A stretch of 64,000 bases of DNA from Coprobacillus sp. CAG:605 (GTDB lineage: Bacteria > Bacillota_I > Bacilli_A > RF39 > UBA660), in NCBI GenBank assembly GCA_000433255.1, contig HF998230.1, positions 9,589-73,588 on the forward strand. Reading direction: 5' to 3'. Every line of letters starts with the position of its first letter. The stretch's first letter is position 1. Of this stretch, positions 37,045-46,568 are shown one piece after another. The translations under genes and the position numbers were made by a program. The notes beneath the pieces are model-generated. The model was given only the letters and a program-made list of their open reading frames with translations. It was not told the origin of the DNA and did not search any database.

Positions 37045-37131
37045 TTTAACCAATATAAAAAATGAGGATATTACTTGAAAAAGTCCTCATTTTTGCTTTA
37101 TAATAAAAGAAGTTTTAAAGAGGTGAAGAGT

Positions 37132-38247
37132 ATGGAATATTTAGATTATGCAGCATCTACTCCGGTTGATAATAAGGTTTTAAATACTTATGTTGAAATA
37201 ACTAAAAAGTATTATGCTAACCCTAATTCTAACCATTATCTAGGCTTAGAAGCTAAGAAACTAATTGATACTAAAACTAGCCATATTGCCTCTTTGCTTA
37301 ATATCAAACCTCAAGAAATCATCTATACCAGTGGTTCTACTGAAGCCAACAACTTGGCTATTAAAGGTACTGCTCTTCGTTATAAAAACTATGGTAAGCA
37401 TATTTTAATCAGTAGCTTAGAACATAACTCCATAGTATCATCCGCTACATATCTCCAAACTTTAGGCTTTGAAATAGAACTAATCCCTGTTAATCAAAAT
37501 GGCTTAATTGATATCGAAACTTTAAAAAGCATGCTTCGCCCCGATACCATTTTAGTAAGCGTTTGTACTGTTGATAGCGAACTAGGGCTTAGACAACCCG
37601 TTGAAGAAATTGCTTCTTTGTTAAAAGAATATCCTCATATCGTTTTTCATACAGATGCCTCCCAAGCCATCGGCAAAGTGCCAGTTAATCTAAGTAACAT
37701 AGACCTCGTAACAATTACCCCACATAAATTTTATGGCCTACCAGGATTTGGCATGTTAGTAAAAAAAGAAAATATTTCTCTAATCCCACAAATCCTAGGA
37801 GGTAAATCAACTACCATTTATCGCAGTGGCACCCCAGAAACTGCAAACATTGCTGCCCTAGATTGCGCCCTAACAATTGCCCTCGAAAATATGAATACTC
37901 GTTATGACTATGTAAAAAATTTAAATACCCAAATCAAAGATTATTTAAAAACTAAGAAAAACATTGTAATCAACAGCCGAGATAACTCTCTACCATATAC
38001 TATTAATTTTAGTATTAAAGATAAAAAATCTTTAGATATCCAAAAATCCTTAGAAAAATATGATATCTATGTTTCTACTAAGACTTCATGTTGTCCCATA
38101 GAAACACCATCTAAATTAGTATATGCCCTAACCAAAGATAAAAAAATATCTTCATCGTCCATAAGAGTAAGTATATCTCATTTAACTACCAAAGAAGAAA
38201 TAACCAAGTTTTTAAATACCTTAGATATAATATTAGAAAGTGAATAA
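37132..38247 (+). CDS. cysteine desulfurase (class V aminotransferase, NifS/IscS-like)
   Basis: MEYLDYAASTP, SGSTEANNLAIKG, TDASQAIGK, PLP-lysine HKFYGLPGFG. GAGGTGAAGAG RBS precedes the ATG at 37132. Confidence 0.9.
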   Translation: MEYLDYAASTPVDNKVLNTYVEITKKYYANPNSNHYLGLEAKKLIDTKTSHIASLLNIKPQEIIYTSGSTEANNLAIKGTALRYKNYGKHILISSLEHNSIVSSATYLQTLGFEIELIPVNQNGLIDIETLKSMLRPDTILVSVCTVDSELGLRQPVEEIASLLKEYPHIVFHTDASQAIGKVPVNLSNIDLVTITPHKFYGLPGFGMLVKKENISLIPQILGGKSTTIYRSGTPETANIAALDCALTIALENMNTRYDYVKNLNTQIKDYLKTKKNIVINSRDNSLPYTINFSIKDKKSLDIQKSLEKYDIYVSTKTSCCPIETPSKLVYALTKDKKISSSSIRVSISHLTTKEEITKFLNTLDIILESE

Positions 38248-38249
38248 TT

Positions 38250-39086
38250 ATGGAAAAATATCAAGAAATAGAAAGAAGTATTATTAAAAAATATCGTAAA
38301 GAAATCTGGCGACCTTTCGTCAAAGCCGTGAATGAATATGAACTAATTCAAAAAAATGACAATATCATGGTTTGTATAAGTGGTGGCAAAGACTCGTTTT
38401 TACTAGCTAAATGTATCCAAGAGTTACAACGTCATGGTAAGATTAAATTTAATGCTCACTATGTTGTTATGGATCCCGGATATAATGATTACAACCGCGA
38501 CTTTATTTTAGATAATGCCAAAATATTAAACGTTCCAATTGAAATGTTTAAAAGTGATATCTTTGATGTCGTTGCCAAAATAGATTCTAAAAGCCCATGC
38601 TACTTATGTGCTAGAATGCGTAGGGGATATCTATATAATAAAGCTAAAGAACTAGGATGTAACAAAATCGCCCTAGGACATCACTTCGACGATGTTATAG
38701 AAACCACACTTTTATCAATGTTCTATGGTGCTGAAATTAAAACCATGATGCCAAAACTTCACAGTGATAACTTCGAAGGCCTTGAACTAATAAGACCCCT
38801 ATACTTAGTTAAAGAAAGTGCCATAATAACATGGCGTAACACCAATGAACTAACCTTCATAAACTGTGCCTGCCGATTCACAGAAGGCTGCTCCTTAATA
38901 AATGATGGCACTAGTAAACGTAAAGAAATGAAAGAACTAATCAAAAAACTCCGTCAAGTAAATAAAGACATTGATTATAATATCTTTAAAAGTATGGATA
39001 ATATTAACTTGAATTGTGTTCTAGGAACCAAAGAAAACGGTAACTACCAAAGCTTTTTAAAAAACTATAATAATAATTCTAAATAA
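38250..39086 (+). CDS. TtcA-family PP-loop ATPase (tRNA 2-thiolation type)
   Basis: PP-loop CISGGKDS, PCYLCARMRRGYLY, LGHHFDDVIET. Sits immediately downstream of the cysteine desulfurase. Confidence 0.8.
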   Translation: MEKYQEIERSIIKKYRKEIWRPFVKAVNEYELIQKNDNIMVCISGGKDSFLLAKCIQELQRHGKIKFNAHYVVMDPGYNDYNRDFILDNAKILNVPIEMFKSDIFDVVAKIDSKSPCYLCARMRRGYLYNKAKELGCNKIALGHHFDDVIETTLLSMFYGAEIKTMMPKLHSDNFEGLELIRPLYLVKESAIITWRNTNELTFINCACRFTEGCSLINDGTSKRKEMKELIKKLRQVNKDIDYNIFKSMDNINLNCVLGTKENGNYQSFLKNYNNNSK

Positions 39087-39100
39087 GTTAGGAGGTCGTT

Positions 39101-39811
39101 ATGAACCAAGAAAAAATTGGTGAGTTTATAAAAAAATTACGTCAAGACAATAATCTAACCCAAAAAGACCTTGCCAATAAATATAACGTTACCTATCAAG
39201 CCGTAAGCAAATGGGAACGAGGTCTAAATATACCTGATATTTCTCTTTTAAAACAAATGAGTGAAGATTTTAATATCTCTATTGAAGAGCTTTTAAGTGG
39301 TCAACCAACCGAACCTAAATTTTTCCAAACCAAAAGAAAGAAAATTCATATTATTGGTCTTGTACTTGATATCATTGCCTTACTAACTTTAATAATTATG
39401 TTACTTCTTGAACATAATAGTACTTACCATTTTCGTAAAATAACATCTCCCAGTAATGACTTTAACATAACTGGAAGTATTGCTTATGATGATAAGAAAA
39501 CATCCATCTATATTTCTAATATTGAATATACTGGTACTGAAGAAGAAAAATTTTATAAACAAATAGAGTGTTCTATCTATCAAAAATTAACTAACTATGA
39601 ATTAAACTTAGGTAGTAAAACTTATAATATGGATACTCCAACCACTTTAACTAACATAATTAATGAAATATCTTTTAACTTAGAAAAGTTAGAAAATAAT
39701 AATAAATCTTTTTCTAGTGATTCTTTCTATCTTTTAATCACTGTAACAGATACTAACGATAGAGAAATAATCTTTAAAGTACCATTATTCCTATCTAAAG
39801 TTCATAACTAA
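39101..39811 (+). CDS. membrane-anchored XRE-family HTH protein
   Basis: IKKLRQDNNLTQKDLANKYNVTYQAVSKWERGLNIPDISLL, then TM IIGLVLDIIALLTLIIMLLL and an extracytoplasmic domain. Confidence 0.75.
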   Translation: MNQEKIGEFIKKLRQDNNLTQKDLANKYNVTYQAVSKWERGLNIPDISLLKQMSEDFNISIEELLSGQPTEPKFFQTKRKKIHIIGLVLDIIALLTLIIMLLLEHNSTYHFRKITSPSNDFNITGSIAYDDKKTSIYISNIEYTGTEEEKFYKQIECSIYQKLTNYELNLGSKTYNMDTPTTLTNIINEISFNLEKLENNNKSFSSDSFYLLITVTDTNDREIIFKVPLFLSKVHN

Positions 39812-40311
39812 ATATTACCCTTACAATCTAAAGCAATCTCTTTATTAGATAATATTATCTTTAAAATATCTCTCATTCTATCATAATCATCAAAGTTAAA
39901 ACTATTAAACGAAGTATCATAATAATATGTATTACTATAAATATGCACCTTATTTCTAAGCCTTCTCAAACTATGTATTACTAAACACTCTTTACTAGAT
40001 AAACTAAGTAAATTATTATCTAATACTAACCTAATCAAAGTATCAAAATGGATACTTTTTTTCTTTACAATTTTCTTATTTTTACAAACCATATAAAATA
40101 TCGCTTCAATAATGCCCGAGGCCACTATTATATAATTTTTTATAATTTGTTTTCTAATAACCATAGTAAGATTATGTGTCGCAAGCTCATGACTTAAAAA
40201 CTCTAGGTATTGTAGTGAGTAACAAACATCACTTACTACAGAGTATTCATCACTAAAAATAAAGTTTTTTCTTAATTTCTCAATAGGAGTAGGAAACCAT
40301 GTATCATTCAT
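39808..40311 (-). CDS. hypothetical protein with possible HEPN-type Rx4-6H motif
   Basis: 167-aa helical protein. LRRLRNKVHIY resembles the HEPN R-x(4-6)-H signature. There is no partner gene. Confidence 0.4.
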   Translation of the reverse strand: MNDTWFPTPIEKLRKNFIFSDEYSVVSDVCYSLQYLEFLSHELATHNLTMVIRKQIIKNYIIVASGIIEAIFYMVCKNKKIVKKKSIHFDTLIRLVLDNNLLSLSSKECLVIHSLRRLRNKVHIYSNTYYYDTSFNSFNFDDYDRMRDILKIILSNKEIALDCKGNI

Positions 40312-40381
40312 ATAAAGCCTTTCATGTATTTAATATATTAACAAATAGTTAACTTTATGGCAAGTAAAAATATTTTAATAT

Positions 40382-40417
40382 AAGAAAACCACCTAACTCT
40401 AACGCAGATTTAGGTGG
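40382..40417 (-). terminator. rho-independent terminator after the tRNA pair
   Basis: On the - strand: CCACCTAA-loop-TTAGGTGG followed by TTTTCTT. Confidence 0.65.
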
Positions 40418-40617
40418 AACTAACTAAAATTGGCAACACTCAACATGTGACTATTGAATGTTCCTTTTTTATTTTATGTCAAACTTCCTTGACATATTCA
40501 TAATAACATGTTTTTTAATATTTGCCAAAAGTCTATTTTATAATAATCTATTTAGAACATATAACTTTAATAAAGAGCAAAATAAAAAACAACTTGGTAG
40601 TTGTTTAATGATTCACC

Positions 40618-40693
40618 TGGTGCCAAAGGAAGGAATCAAACCCTCAACCTACTGATTACGATTCAGTTGCTCTATCAATTGCGCTACTTCGGC
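40618..40693 (-). tRNA. tRNA-Thr (anticodon CGT)
   Basis: GCCGAAGTAGCGCAATTGATAGAGCAACTGAATCGTAATCAGTAGGTTGAGGGTTTGATTCCTTCCTTTGGCACCA folds as a cloverleaf with a 7-bp acceptor stem, anticodon loop ATCGTAA and encoded CCA. Confidence 0.85.
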
Positions 40694-40694
40694 A

Positions 40695-40770
40695 TGGTGT
40701 CCCCTTAGGGATTCGAACCCTAGACCCACTGATTAAGAGTCAGTTGCTCTACCAACTGAGCTAAGGAGAC
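40695..40770 (-). tRNA. tRNA-Lys (anticodon CTT)
   Basis: GTCTCCTTAGCTCAGTTGGTAGAGCAACTGACTCTTAATCAGTGGGTCTAGGGTTCGAATCCCTAAGGGGACACCA has canonical D and T loops and encoded CCA. Confidence 0.9.
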
Positions 40771-40790
40771 ATTAACTGGTTACATCGTTA

Positions 40791-40819
40791 ATTCTAGCAT
40801 AAATAAAGCTGCTTTTCAA
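40791..40819 (-). promoter_or_regulatory. promoter of the tRNA-Lys/Thr pair
   Basis: On the - strand: TTGAAA (40819-40814), 17 nt, TGcTAGAAT (-10 at 40796-40791), about 20 nt upstream of tRNA-Lys. Confidence 0.5.
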
Positions 40820-40829
40820 TACTTTTTTC

Positions 40830-40930
40830 AAAAAAAATAGAAGCAGTTGCCCGAAGGCCTGCTTCAAAAAGAATAAAAAGGGGTTGGCTAGTGTGATACT
40901 AGCACCAATTCGCCGTTAAGCAAATTGGTA
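40830..40930 (-). ncRNA. candidate ~100-nt small RNA with its own promoter and terminator
   Basis: A - strand promoter TTGACA (40965-40960), 17 nt, TAGTAT (40942-40937). The transcript has two hairpins (ACCAATT/AATTGGT and GCTAGT/ACTAGC), a single-stranded CAACCCCUUUUU, and a terminator GAAGCAG-GCC-UUCG-GGC-AA-CUGCUUC plus U8. No ORF. Confidence 0.4.
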
Positions 40931-40952
40931 ATTTATATACTAATCGAATTTC

Positions 40953-40981
40953 TTGCTTTTGTCAACACTTTTTTGTATAAT
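40953..40981 (+). promoter_or_regulatory. recG promoter, back-to-back with the - strand promoter
   Basis: TTGCTT (40953-40958), 17 nt, TGTATAAT (-10 at 40976-40981). Confidence 0.5.
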
Positions 40982-40997
40982 TTTAATAGTGATTATT

Positions 40998-42974
40998 ATG
41001 AACTTAGAAAGCCTTAAAGGAGTAGGGGATGAAACCCTAAAATTACTAACCAAATTAAACATTTCTACTATCCAAGAACTCCTTGAATACTATCCTTATC
41101 GCTATGAATTTATTCGTGTTGTAAGACTTCAAGATTGTGTGGAAAATCAAGGTATGGTTAATGCCCAAGTCATTGAAAACCCCAAAGTAATGTTTTTCAA
41201 GAAAAACTTAAATCGTCTAACTTTTAGATGTATGTGCGACGGTAAAATCATAAACGTTACTATTTTTAACCGTAGTTTTTTAAAAAACAAATTAATACCT
41301 GCTAAACTAATAACTTTAGTAGGAAAATATAACCCTAAAACTAACACCTTCACCGCTAGTGATATTAAAATTAACATGGTAACTACAAACTATATCGAAC
41401 CCATATATCACCTTGTATCAGGTATAACCAATAAACAAATAAATACCATAATAACGAATGCCCTTACTAGTCCTTTTGACTTAGATGATTATATTCCTAA
41501 CTATTTAAATGAAAAATACCAACTAATGCCCAAAGAAGAAGCCGTAAGACAAATTCATATCCCAACCAATGCTACTCTAATTAAAAAAGCCAAACTAAAA
41601 TTAATCTACGAAGAATTCTTTATCTTTATGTTTAAAATGAATTACTTAAAAAAAGAACGTGAACTTCATAATCAAGGTATTAAAAGAGAGTTAACTAAAG
41701 AAGATTTAGAAAACATAATTAATAGCCTGCCATTTACCTTAACAAAAGATCAGTTATCTACTATAAATGATATTTACAATGATTTTATCTTACCCAAAAG
41801 AATGAACCGCTTAGTTCTAGGAGACGTTGGTAGTGGTAAAACTATTGTAAGTATTGTAGCCATGGCTTTAAATAAACTTTCTAGCTATCAATCGGCCTTA
41901 ATGGCCCCAACCGAAGTACTAGCGCTACAACATTATGATACAATAAAAAAAATCTTACCCCAAGTTAATGTAGGATGTCTAGTAGGAAGTATGACTAAAT
42001 CAGCTAAGAAAAAAACTATTCAAGGTTTAATTGATGGTACTATTGATATCCTAGTTGGTACCCATGCCATTCTAAGTGAGAACGTTACCTTTAAAAATCT
42101 AGGCCTTGTTATTACTGACGAACAACATCGTTTTGGTGTCAATCAACGTAATATCATCCAAAATAAAGGTACCATGGTTGACGTTATCTACATGAGTGCT
42201 ACCCCAATTCCTAGAACTTACGCTCTAGCACTATATGGTGATATGGATTTATCCATGATAAAAACTAAACCAAGTGGTCGTAAAGAAATTATTACCAAAG
42301 TAGTATCCGAAAAAAATATTAAAGAGGTTCTAGAAAGTGCTTGGCAAGAATTAAAAAATGGCCATCAAATTTACTGCATAGCGCCTCTAATTCAAAACGA
42401 AGACGAAGAATCTAATTTAAATGATGTCTATAAGTTAGAAGAAAACTTTAATAAAGCATTTAACCACAAAGTACCCATTGGCATTCTCCATGGCAAAATG
42501 AAAAAAAATGAAAAAAATGAAGTTATGGCATCTTATGCCAGTGGTAAATATCGTATTCTAATTAGTACAACAGTCATTGAAGTAGGAGTTGATGTTAAAA
42601 ACTCTACTATGATAATTATTTATAATGCTGAACGTTTTGGACTTGCTACCTTACATCAACTCCGAGGCCGAGTAGGCCGCAATGACATTCAAAGTTATTG
42701 TTATTTAATTGCTAATGCTGATATTCCTCGTCTTCAAGTACTAGAGTCTTCTAACGATGGCTTCTATATAAGTGAAAAAGACTTTGAACTACGTGGAGAA
42801 GGTGATTTATTTGGTATTAAACAATCAGGAGATATGAAATTTAAACTAGGTGATATTAATCACGATAAAAAAATTCTTCTTCAATGTAAGAATGATTCTT
42901 ATGAGTACTTAAAAAACTTTGATAATAATCCCCTATATTTACGTATAATTGATGATATAAAGTTTCATAATTAA
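40998..42974 (+). CDS. recG: ATP-dependent DNA helicase RecG
   Basis: Wedge/OB N-terminus, Walker A GDVGSGKT, DEQHRFG, SATPIPRT, LHQLRGRVGR. The ATG at 40998 (MNLESLKGVG) is preferred over the listed TTG. Confidence 0.9.
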   Translation: MNLESLKGVGDETLKLLTKLNISTIQELLEYYPYRYEFIRVVRLQDCVENQGMVNAQVIENPKVMFFKKNLNRLTFRCMCDGKIINVTIFNRSFLKNKLIPAKLITLVGKYNPKTNTFTASDIKINMVTTNYIEPIYHLVSGITNKQINTIITNALTSPFDLDDYIPNYLNEKYQLMPKEEAVRQIHIPTNATLIKKAKLKLIYEEFFIFMFKMNYLKKERELHNQGIKRELTKEDLENIINSLPFTLTKDQLSTINDIYNDFILPKRMNRLVLGDVGSGKTIVSIVAMALNKLSSYQSALMAPTEVLALQHYDTIKKILPQVNVGCLVGSMTKSAKKKTIQGLIDGTIDILVGTHAILSENVTFKNLGLVITDEQHRFGVNQRNIIQNKGTMVDVIYMSATPIPRTYALALYGDMDLSMIKTKPSGRKEIITKVVSEKNIKEVLESAWQELKNGHQIYCIAPLIQNEDEESNLNDVYKLEENFNKAFNHKVPIGILHGKMKKNEKNEVMASYASGKYRILISTTVIEVGVDVKNSTMIIIYNAERFGLATLHQLRGRVGRNDIQSYCYLIANADIPRLQVLESSNDGFYISEKDFELRGEGDLFGIKQSGDMKFKLGDINHDKKILLQCKNDSYEYLKNFDNNPLYLRIIDDIKFHN

Positions 42975-42975
42975 T

Positions 42976-43002
42976 AAACATCTTGTTAATCAAGATGTTT
43001 TT
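42976..43002 (+). terminator. rho-independent terminator after recG
   Basis: AAACATCTTG-TTAAT-CAAGATGTTT plus TT, an AT-rich 10-bp stem. Confidence 0.6.
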
Positions 43003-43354
43003 AAACAAAAAAGGAGCCTTTTGGCTCCACAGGGGGTTTTGGTTTTTTGATTGTATAAATTCACTATGTAAAATCGTAAAATATACAACCGGCATGACTT
43101 ATATTATCATGCTATATTCAGTTTATAATGAATTTGTAAATTTGTCAATTGCCTTTTTTACAATTTTAAAAAAATTTACAGTGCTAAATTTTCTGTTTCT
43201 TTCTATATGCCTAAAATAAAGCCAAAATCCCACATGTCAATGCTTTGTAAATACATCAATTAGTTCAAAAACTTAACAAATCATTTACACCCCACAATTA
43301 AATCTAGCTATCTACTATTTTAAGTTGTATAATATAAGCACTAGGAGACCTAAT

Positions 43355-44284
43355 ATGAAAAATAACTTAAGAAATTGGCTTTCAATTTTAATACTTATTG
43401 TTTTAAGTGCATATCTAAAAACGTATACAATTAATCATAACTTAGTACTATCTAATCTTTCTAAAACTATTATTTTAGTAATAATGATTTTCTTTATTAT
43501 TTATAACACCATAAAATATACCTTGTATTATAAACACAAAATTAATATCATAAGCATCTTAAAAATCATATTATTACTAACTATTATTCTTATTCTTAAT
43601 GTATGTTCTAAAGAAACCATTGAAGACAACTATCTTAAAATAACTGATAATCTAAAAAATACTGAAAAATTTTATGAAACAAACCATTTTGTTCGCAATT
43701 ACTATCCAACTTATATCAAATATTATAATAATACAATTTCCTTAGATAACTATATTTATACAACCTATTATGATATCGTAGGTAACCCAACTAAGACCAT
43801 TAATGAAAAAACTCACGAGCGTATTTCTACTATCAATAAACGCCAAGTAAAAATGAATTTACCAGAAATTATCTATACTACAAATATTGATAACACAATC
43901 TATCGCATCGTTAGAACAGATTATATTCTAGGTCAAAAACAAATAATTAAAGTTCAAAAATTAATTAATAAAACTTTTAAAGATATTACTAACCAAGTTA
44001 CCATAAATAACTCAGCATCATTTAAATTCCTCACAAAAGATTTAGGTTACATCAATAATAACTCTAATATCAAACCTTTAAAAGTAATTACAAGTACTTC
44101 CAAAGATATAATTGATGCCCAAATTAACTTAGATAAATATCTTCTAGAATCATTAAATATCTTAGATTTTCCTACTAAGAAAGACAATATATATGTCATG
44201 AATGTCTCCGTTTATGAAAATAGTAAAATAAAAGAAATAACCTTAGAAAGTGAGAACGGTATAACATGGAACCAACAACAATAA
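43355..44284 (+). CDS. hypothetical membrane protein
   Basis: Three N-terminal TM segments plus an extracytoplasmic domain. AGGAG RBS precedes the ATG at 43355. Confidence 0.5.
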   Translation: MKNNLRNWLSILILIVLSAYLKTYTINHNLVLSNLSKTIILVIMIFFIIYNTIKYTLYYKHKINIISILKIILLLTIILILNVCSKETIEDNYLKITDNLKNTEKFYETNHFVRNYYPTYIKYYNNTISLDNYIYTTYYDIVGNPTKTINEKTHERISTINKRQVKMNLPEIIYTTNIDNTIYRIVRTDYILGQKQIIKVQKLINKTFKDITNQVTINNSASFKFLTKDLGYINNNSNIKPLKVITSTSKDIIDAQINLDKYLLESLNILDFPTKKDNIYVMNVSVYENSKIKEITLESENGITWNQQQ

Positions 44285-46419
44285 AAAAAGTAGAACTACT
44301 AGCACCCGCTGGTGATATAAATTCCCTACGTGCCGCTATTGAAGCTGGCTGCGATGCTGTATATTTAGGCGGCAAACAATTCGGAGCTCGTGCATACTCC
44401 AATAATTTTACGAAAGAAGATCTAGTTGAAGCTATAAAACTATGTCATTTATATGGCGTTAAAGTCTATGTAACTTGTAACACTATAATATATGAAAACG
44501 AAGTACCAGACTTTTTAGACTACGTTAGATTCCTCCATCAAAATAACGTCGATGCTATTCTTATCCAAGACTTAGGAATGCTAGACTTAGTTCATAAAAA
44601 ATTTCCTAACTTAGAAATCCACTCCTCAACCCAAATGCATATCCATAATTTAGACGATGTTAAACTAATGGAAAGACTTGGTATTAAAAGAGTAGTTCTA
44701 GCCCGTGAAACTTCTATTACAGCCATTAAAAATATTAAAACACATTCTAACATTGATTTAGAAATCTTTGTTCATGGATCTTTATGTATCTCATATTCTG
44801 GTGAATGTTTAATGTCCAGTCTAATTGGAGGCCGCAGTGGCAACAGAGGAATGTGTGCTGGAACTTGTCGCTTGCCATACAATGTCCTATCTAATCATAA
44901 AATAATTAATAAAAATGAACCATATCCTTTATCTACTAAAGACCTAAACTCCCTAGAAAACTTAGAAGAATTACTTAATACTGGCATAACTTCTCTTAAA
45001 ATAGAAGGCCGTATGAAATCAAGTGACTATGTCTACTGTGTTGTCAAACTATATCGCCAAGCCATAGATAGCTACTACAAATATGGTAAAGTAATTATTA
45101 ATGAATCTATCCTTCATGACTTAAAAATAATCTTTAATCGTGGTTATACCAAAGGTTTTCTCTTTAATACTGATATCCATGATTTTATCAATGGCAAAAG
45201 ACCTAACCATGAAGGGGTTGAAGTAGGTACTATTATAGCTTGTAAAAAGAAAATTGCTACTATAAAATTAAGTGATACAATAAATATTGGTGATGGCATA
45301 AGAATACTAGGTGAACATGAACAAGGTTTAATAGTCAATGACTTTTATATAGATAACAAACTAAGAAAAAAAGCTAGTAGTGGTGATATCATAACAATCA
45401 AAGTCCATGAAGCCGTAAAACCAAATAGTAAAGTTTTATTAACTAATTCAAGAATTATTCATGAAAATATTGAAGAAACATTAAAATTAAACCCCAGAAA
45501 AGTACCAATTTCTTTAAAACTAACAGCTAAGTTAGATAGACCATTAACATTAGAAGTAAGTGATTCTAAAAATATAATTATTCTAAAGGATAATATCGTT
45601 GAAGAAGCCAGTAACCTACCAACAACTAAAGAAACATTAACAGAAAAACTATCCAAAGTAGGTAATACTATATATAAACTAGAAAATATAACCTTAGAAT
45701 GTGATAATAATATCTTTATTCCTTTAAAAAATCTAAACGAACTACGTCGTAACGCCCTAGAACAACTAAATGAAAAACGTTTATATCAAATACCATTTAA
45801 AGAAGAAGAATATAGTATTGAAGTACCAGATTTTAAACAAACTAAATTAAAAACTTGCTTAGTAAATTCTAAAGAACAATATAACCAAGTTAAAAATGAA
45901 TCTTATGATATCATATATAGTACATTAGATATCCCTAATACGATAAAAAAATATCCCAAAGTTATGAACGACTATCCTGATAATCTAAAACAAGCCCTAG
46001 TAGGTGAAGTAGGGGTATTCAATAAATATCATCAAAATATTGATACTGACTATTCTCTAAATGTTGTCAATTCTTATACTGTGGCATTTCTTCATAACTT
46101 GGGCGCTAAGAAAATAACCCTTTCTTATGAACTTAATGAAACTCAAATTATAGAACTTATCTCTAACTATCACCAAAGATATCATAAACATCCTAACTTA
46201 GAAGTAATAGTCTATGGCTATCCTGAAATAATGATATCTAAGTTTAGTCTAAATAAATACTATAATAATAATGACTTAAAATTAGAAGATAGATATCATA
46301 ACTTGTATAAAATAGAAACTACTAATGATTTAATGACAATCTATCATTGTAAACTATTAGATAATAGAAATATTGATTACTATAAACTAGGTATTAATTC
46401 AATACGCATAAATCTATAA
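44266..46419 (+). CDS. peptidase U32 family protein (long form with C-terminal extension)
   Basis: VELLAPAGD..AIEAGCDAVYLGGKQFGARA.., E..HGSLCISYSGECLMSSLIGGRSGNRGMCAGTCRLPY is the U32 signature. Confidence 0.85.
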   Translation: MEPTTIKKVELLAPAGDINSLRAAIEAGCDAVYLGGKQFGARAYSNNFTKEDLVEAIKLCHLYGVKVYVTCNTIIYENEVPDFLDYVRFLHQNNVDAILIQDLGMLDLVHKKFPNLEIHSSTQMHIHNLDDVKLMERLGIKRVVLARETSITAIKNIKTHSNIDLEIFVHGSLCISYSGECLMSSLIGGRSGNRGMCAGTCRLPYNVLSNHKIINKNEPYPLSTKDLNSLENLEELLNTGITSLKIEGRMKSSDYVYCVVKLYRQAIDSYYKYGKVIINESILHDLKIIFNRGYTKGFLFNTDIHDFINGKRPNHEGVEVGTIIACKKKIATIKLSDTINIGDGIRILGEHEQGLIVNDFYIDNKLRKKASSGDIITIKVHEAVKPNSKVLLTNSRIIHENIEETLKLNPRKVPISLKLTAKLDRPLTLEVSDSKNIIILKDNIVEEASNLPTTKETLTEKLSKVGNTIYKLENITLECDNNIFIPLKNLNELRRNALEQLNEKRLYQIPFKEEEYSIEVPDFKQTKLKTCLVNSKEQYNQVKNESYDIIYSTLDIPNTIKKYPKVMNDYPDNLKQALVGEVGVFNKYHQNIDTDYSLNVVNSYTVAFLHNLGAKKITLSYELNETQIIELISNYHQRYHKHPNLEVIVYGYPEIMISKFSLNKYYNNNDLKLEDRYHNLYKIETTNDLMTIYHCKLLDNRNIDYYKLGINSIRINL

Positions 46420-46538
46420 AATAATATAACCAAATGATTATATATATTTTAGCTATAAACCAAATATTAAAAGTTTCTTTAAAAACAACAAATGTGTTGT
46501 ATGACTTAAAATGTCATAAAAAATGTTTGATTTTTGTG

Positions 46539-46568
46539 TTGAAATATATCTTAACAATGTAGTATAAT
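46539..46568 (+). promoter_or_regulatory. promoter upstream of the TasA-like/FGE-like gene
   Basis: TTGAAA (46539-46544), 18 nt, TATAAT (46563-46568). Confidence 0.5.

Noticed and set aside
40458-40655. A 65-aa ORF on the + strand.
   Set aside because: Its 3' end runs antisense through tRNA-Thr. It has no RBS and an AT-rich nonsense-like translation.
40840-40865. The hairpin GAAGCAGG..CUGCUUC as SRP (4.5S/scRNA) helix 8.
   Set aside because: The AGCA-containing strand is on the wrong side of the loop. The loop is UUCG, not GNRA/GGAA, and the conserved GGUCC..GGAAGCAGCC context is absent. A terminator stem is the better reading.
42983-43219. A 78-aa + strand ORF after recG, and the 42856-43095 - strand ORF.
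   Set aside because: Both start within terminator hairpins and lack an RBS. Their translations are phenylalanine/leucine-rich AT-bias products, so this is most likely intergenic DNA.
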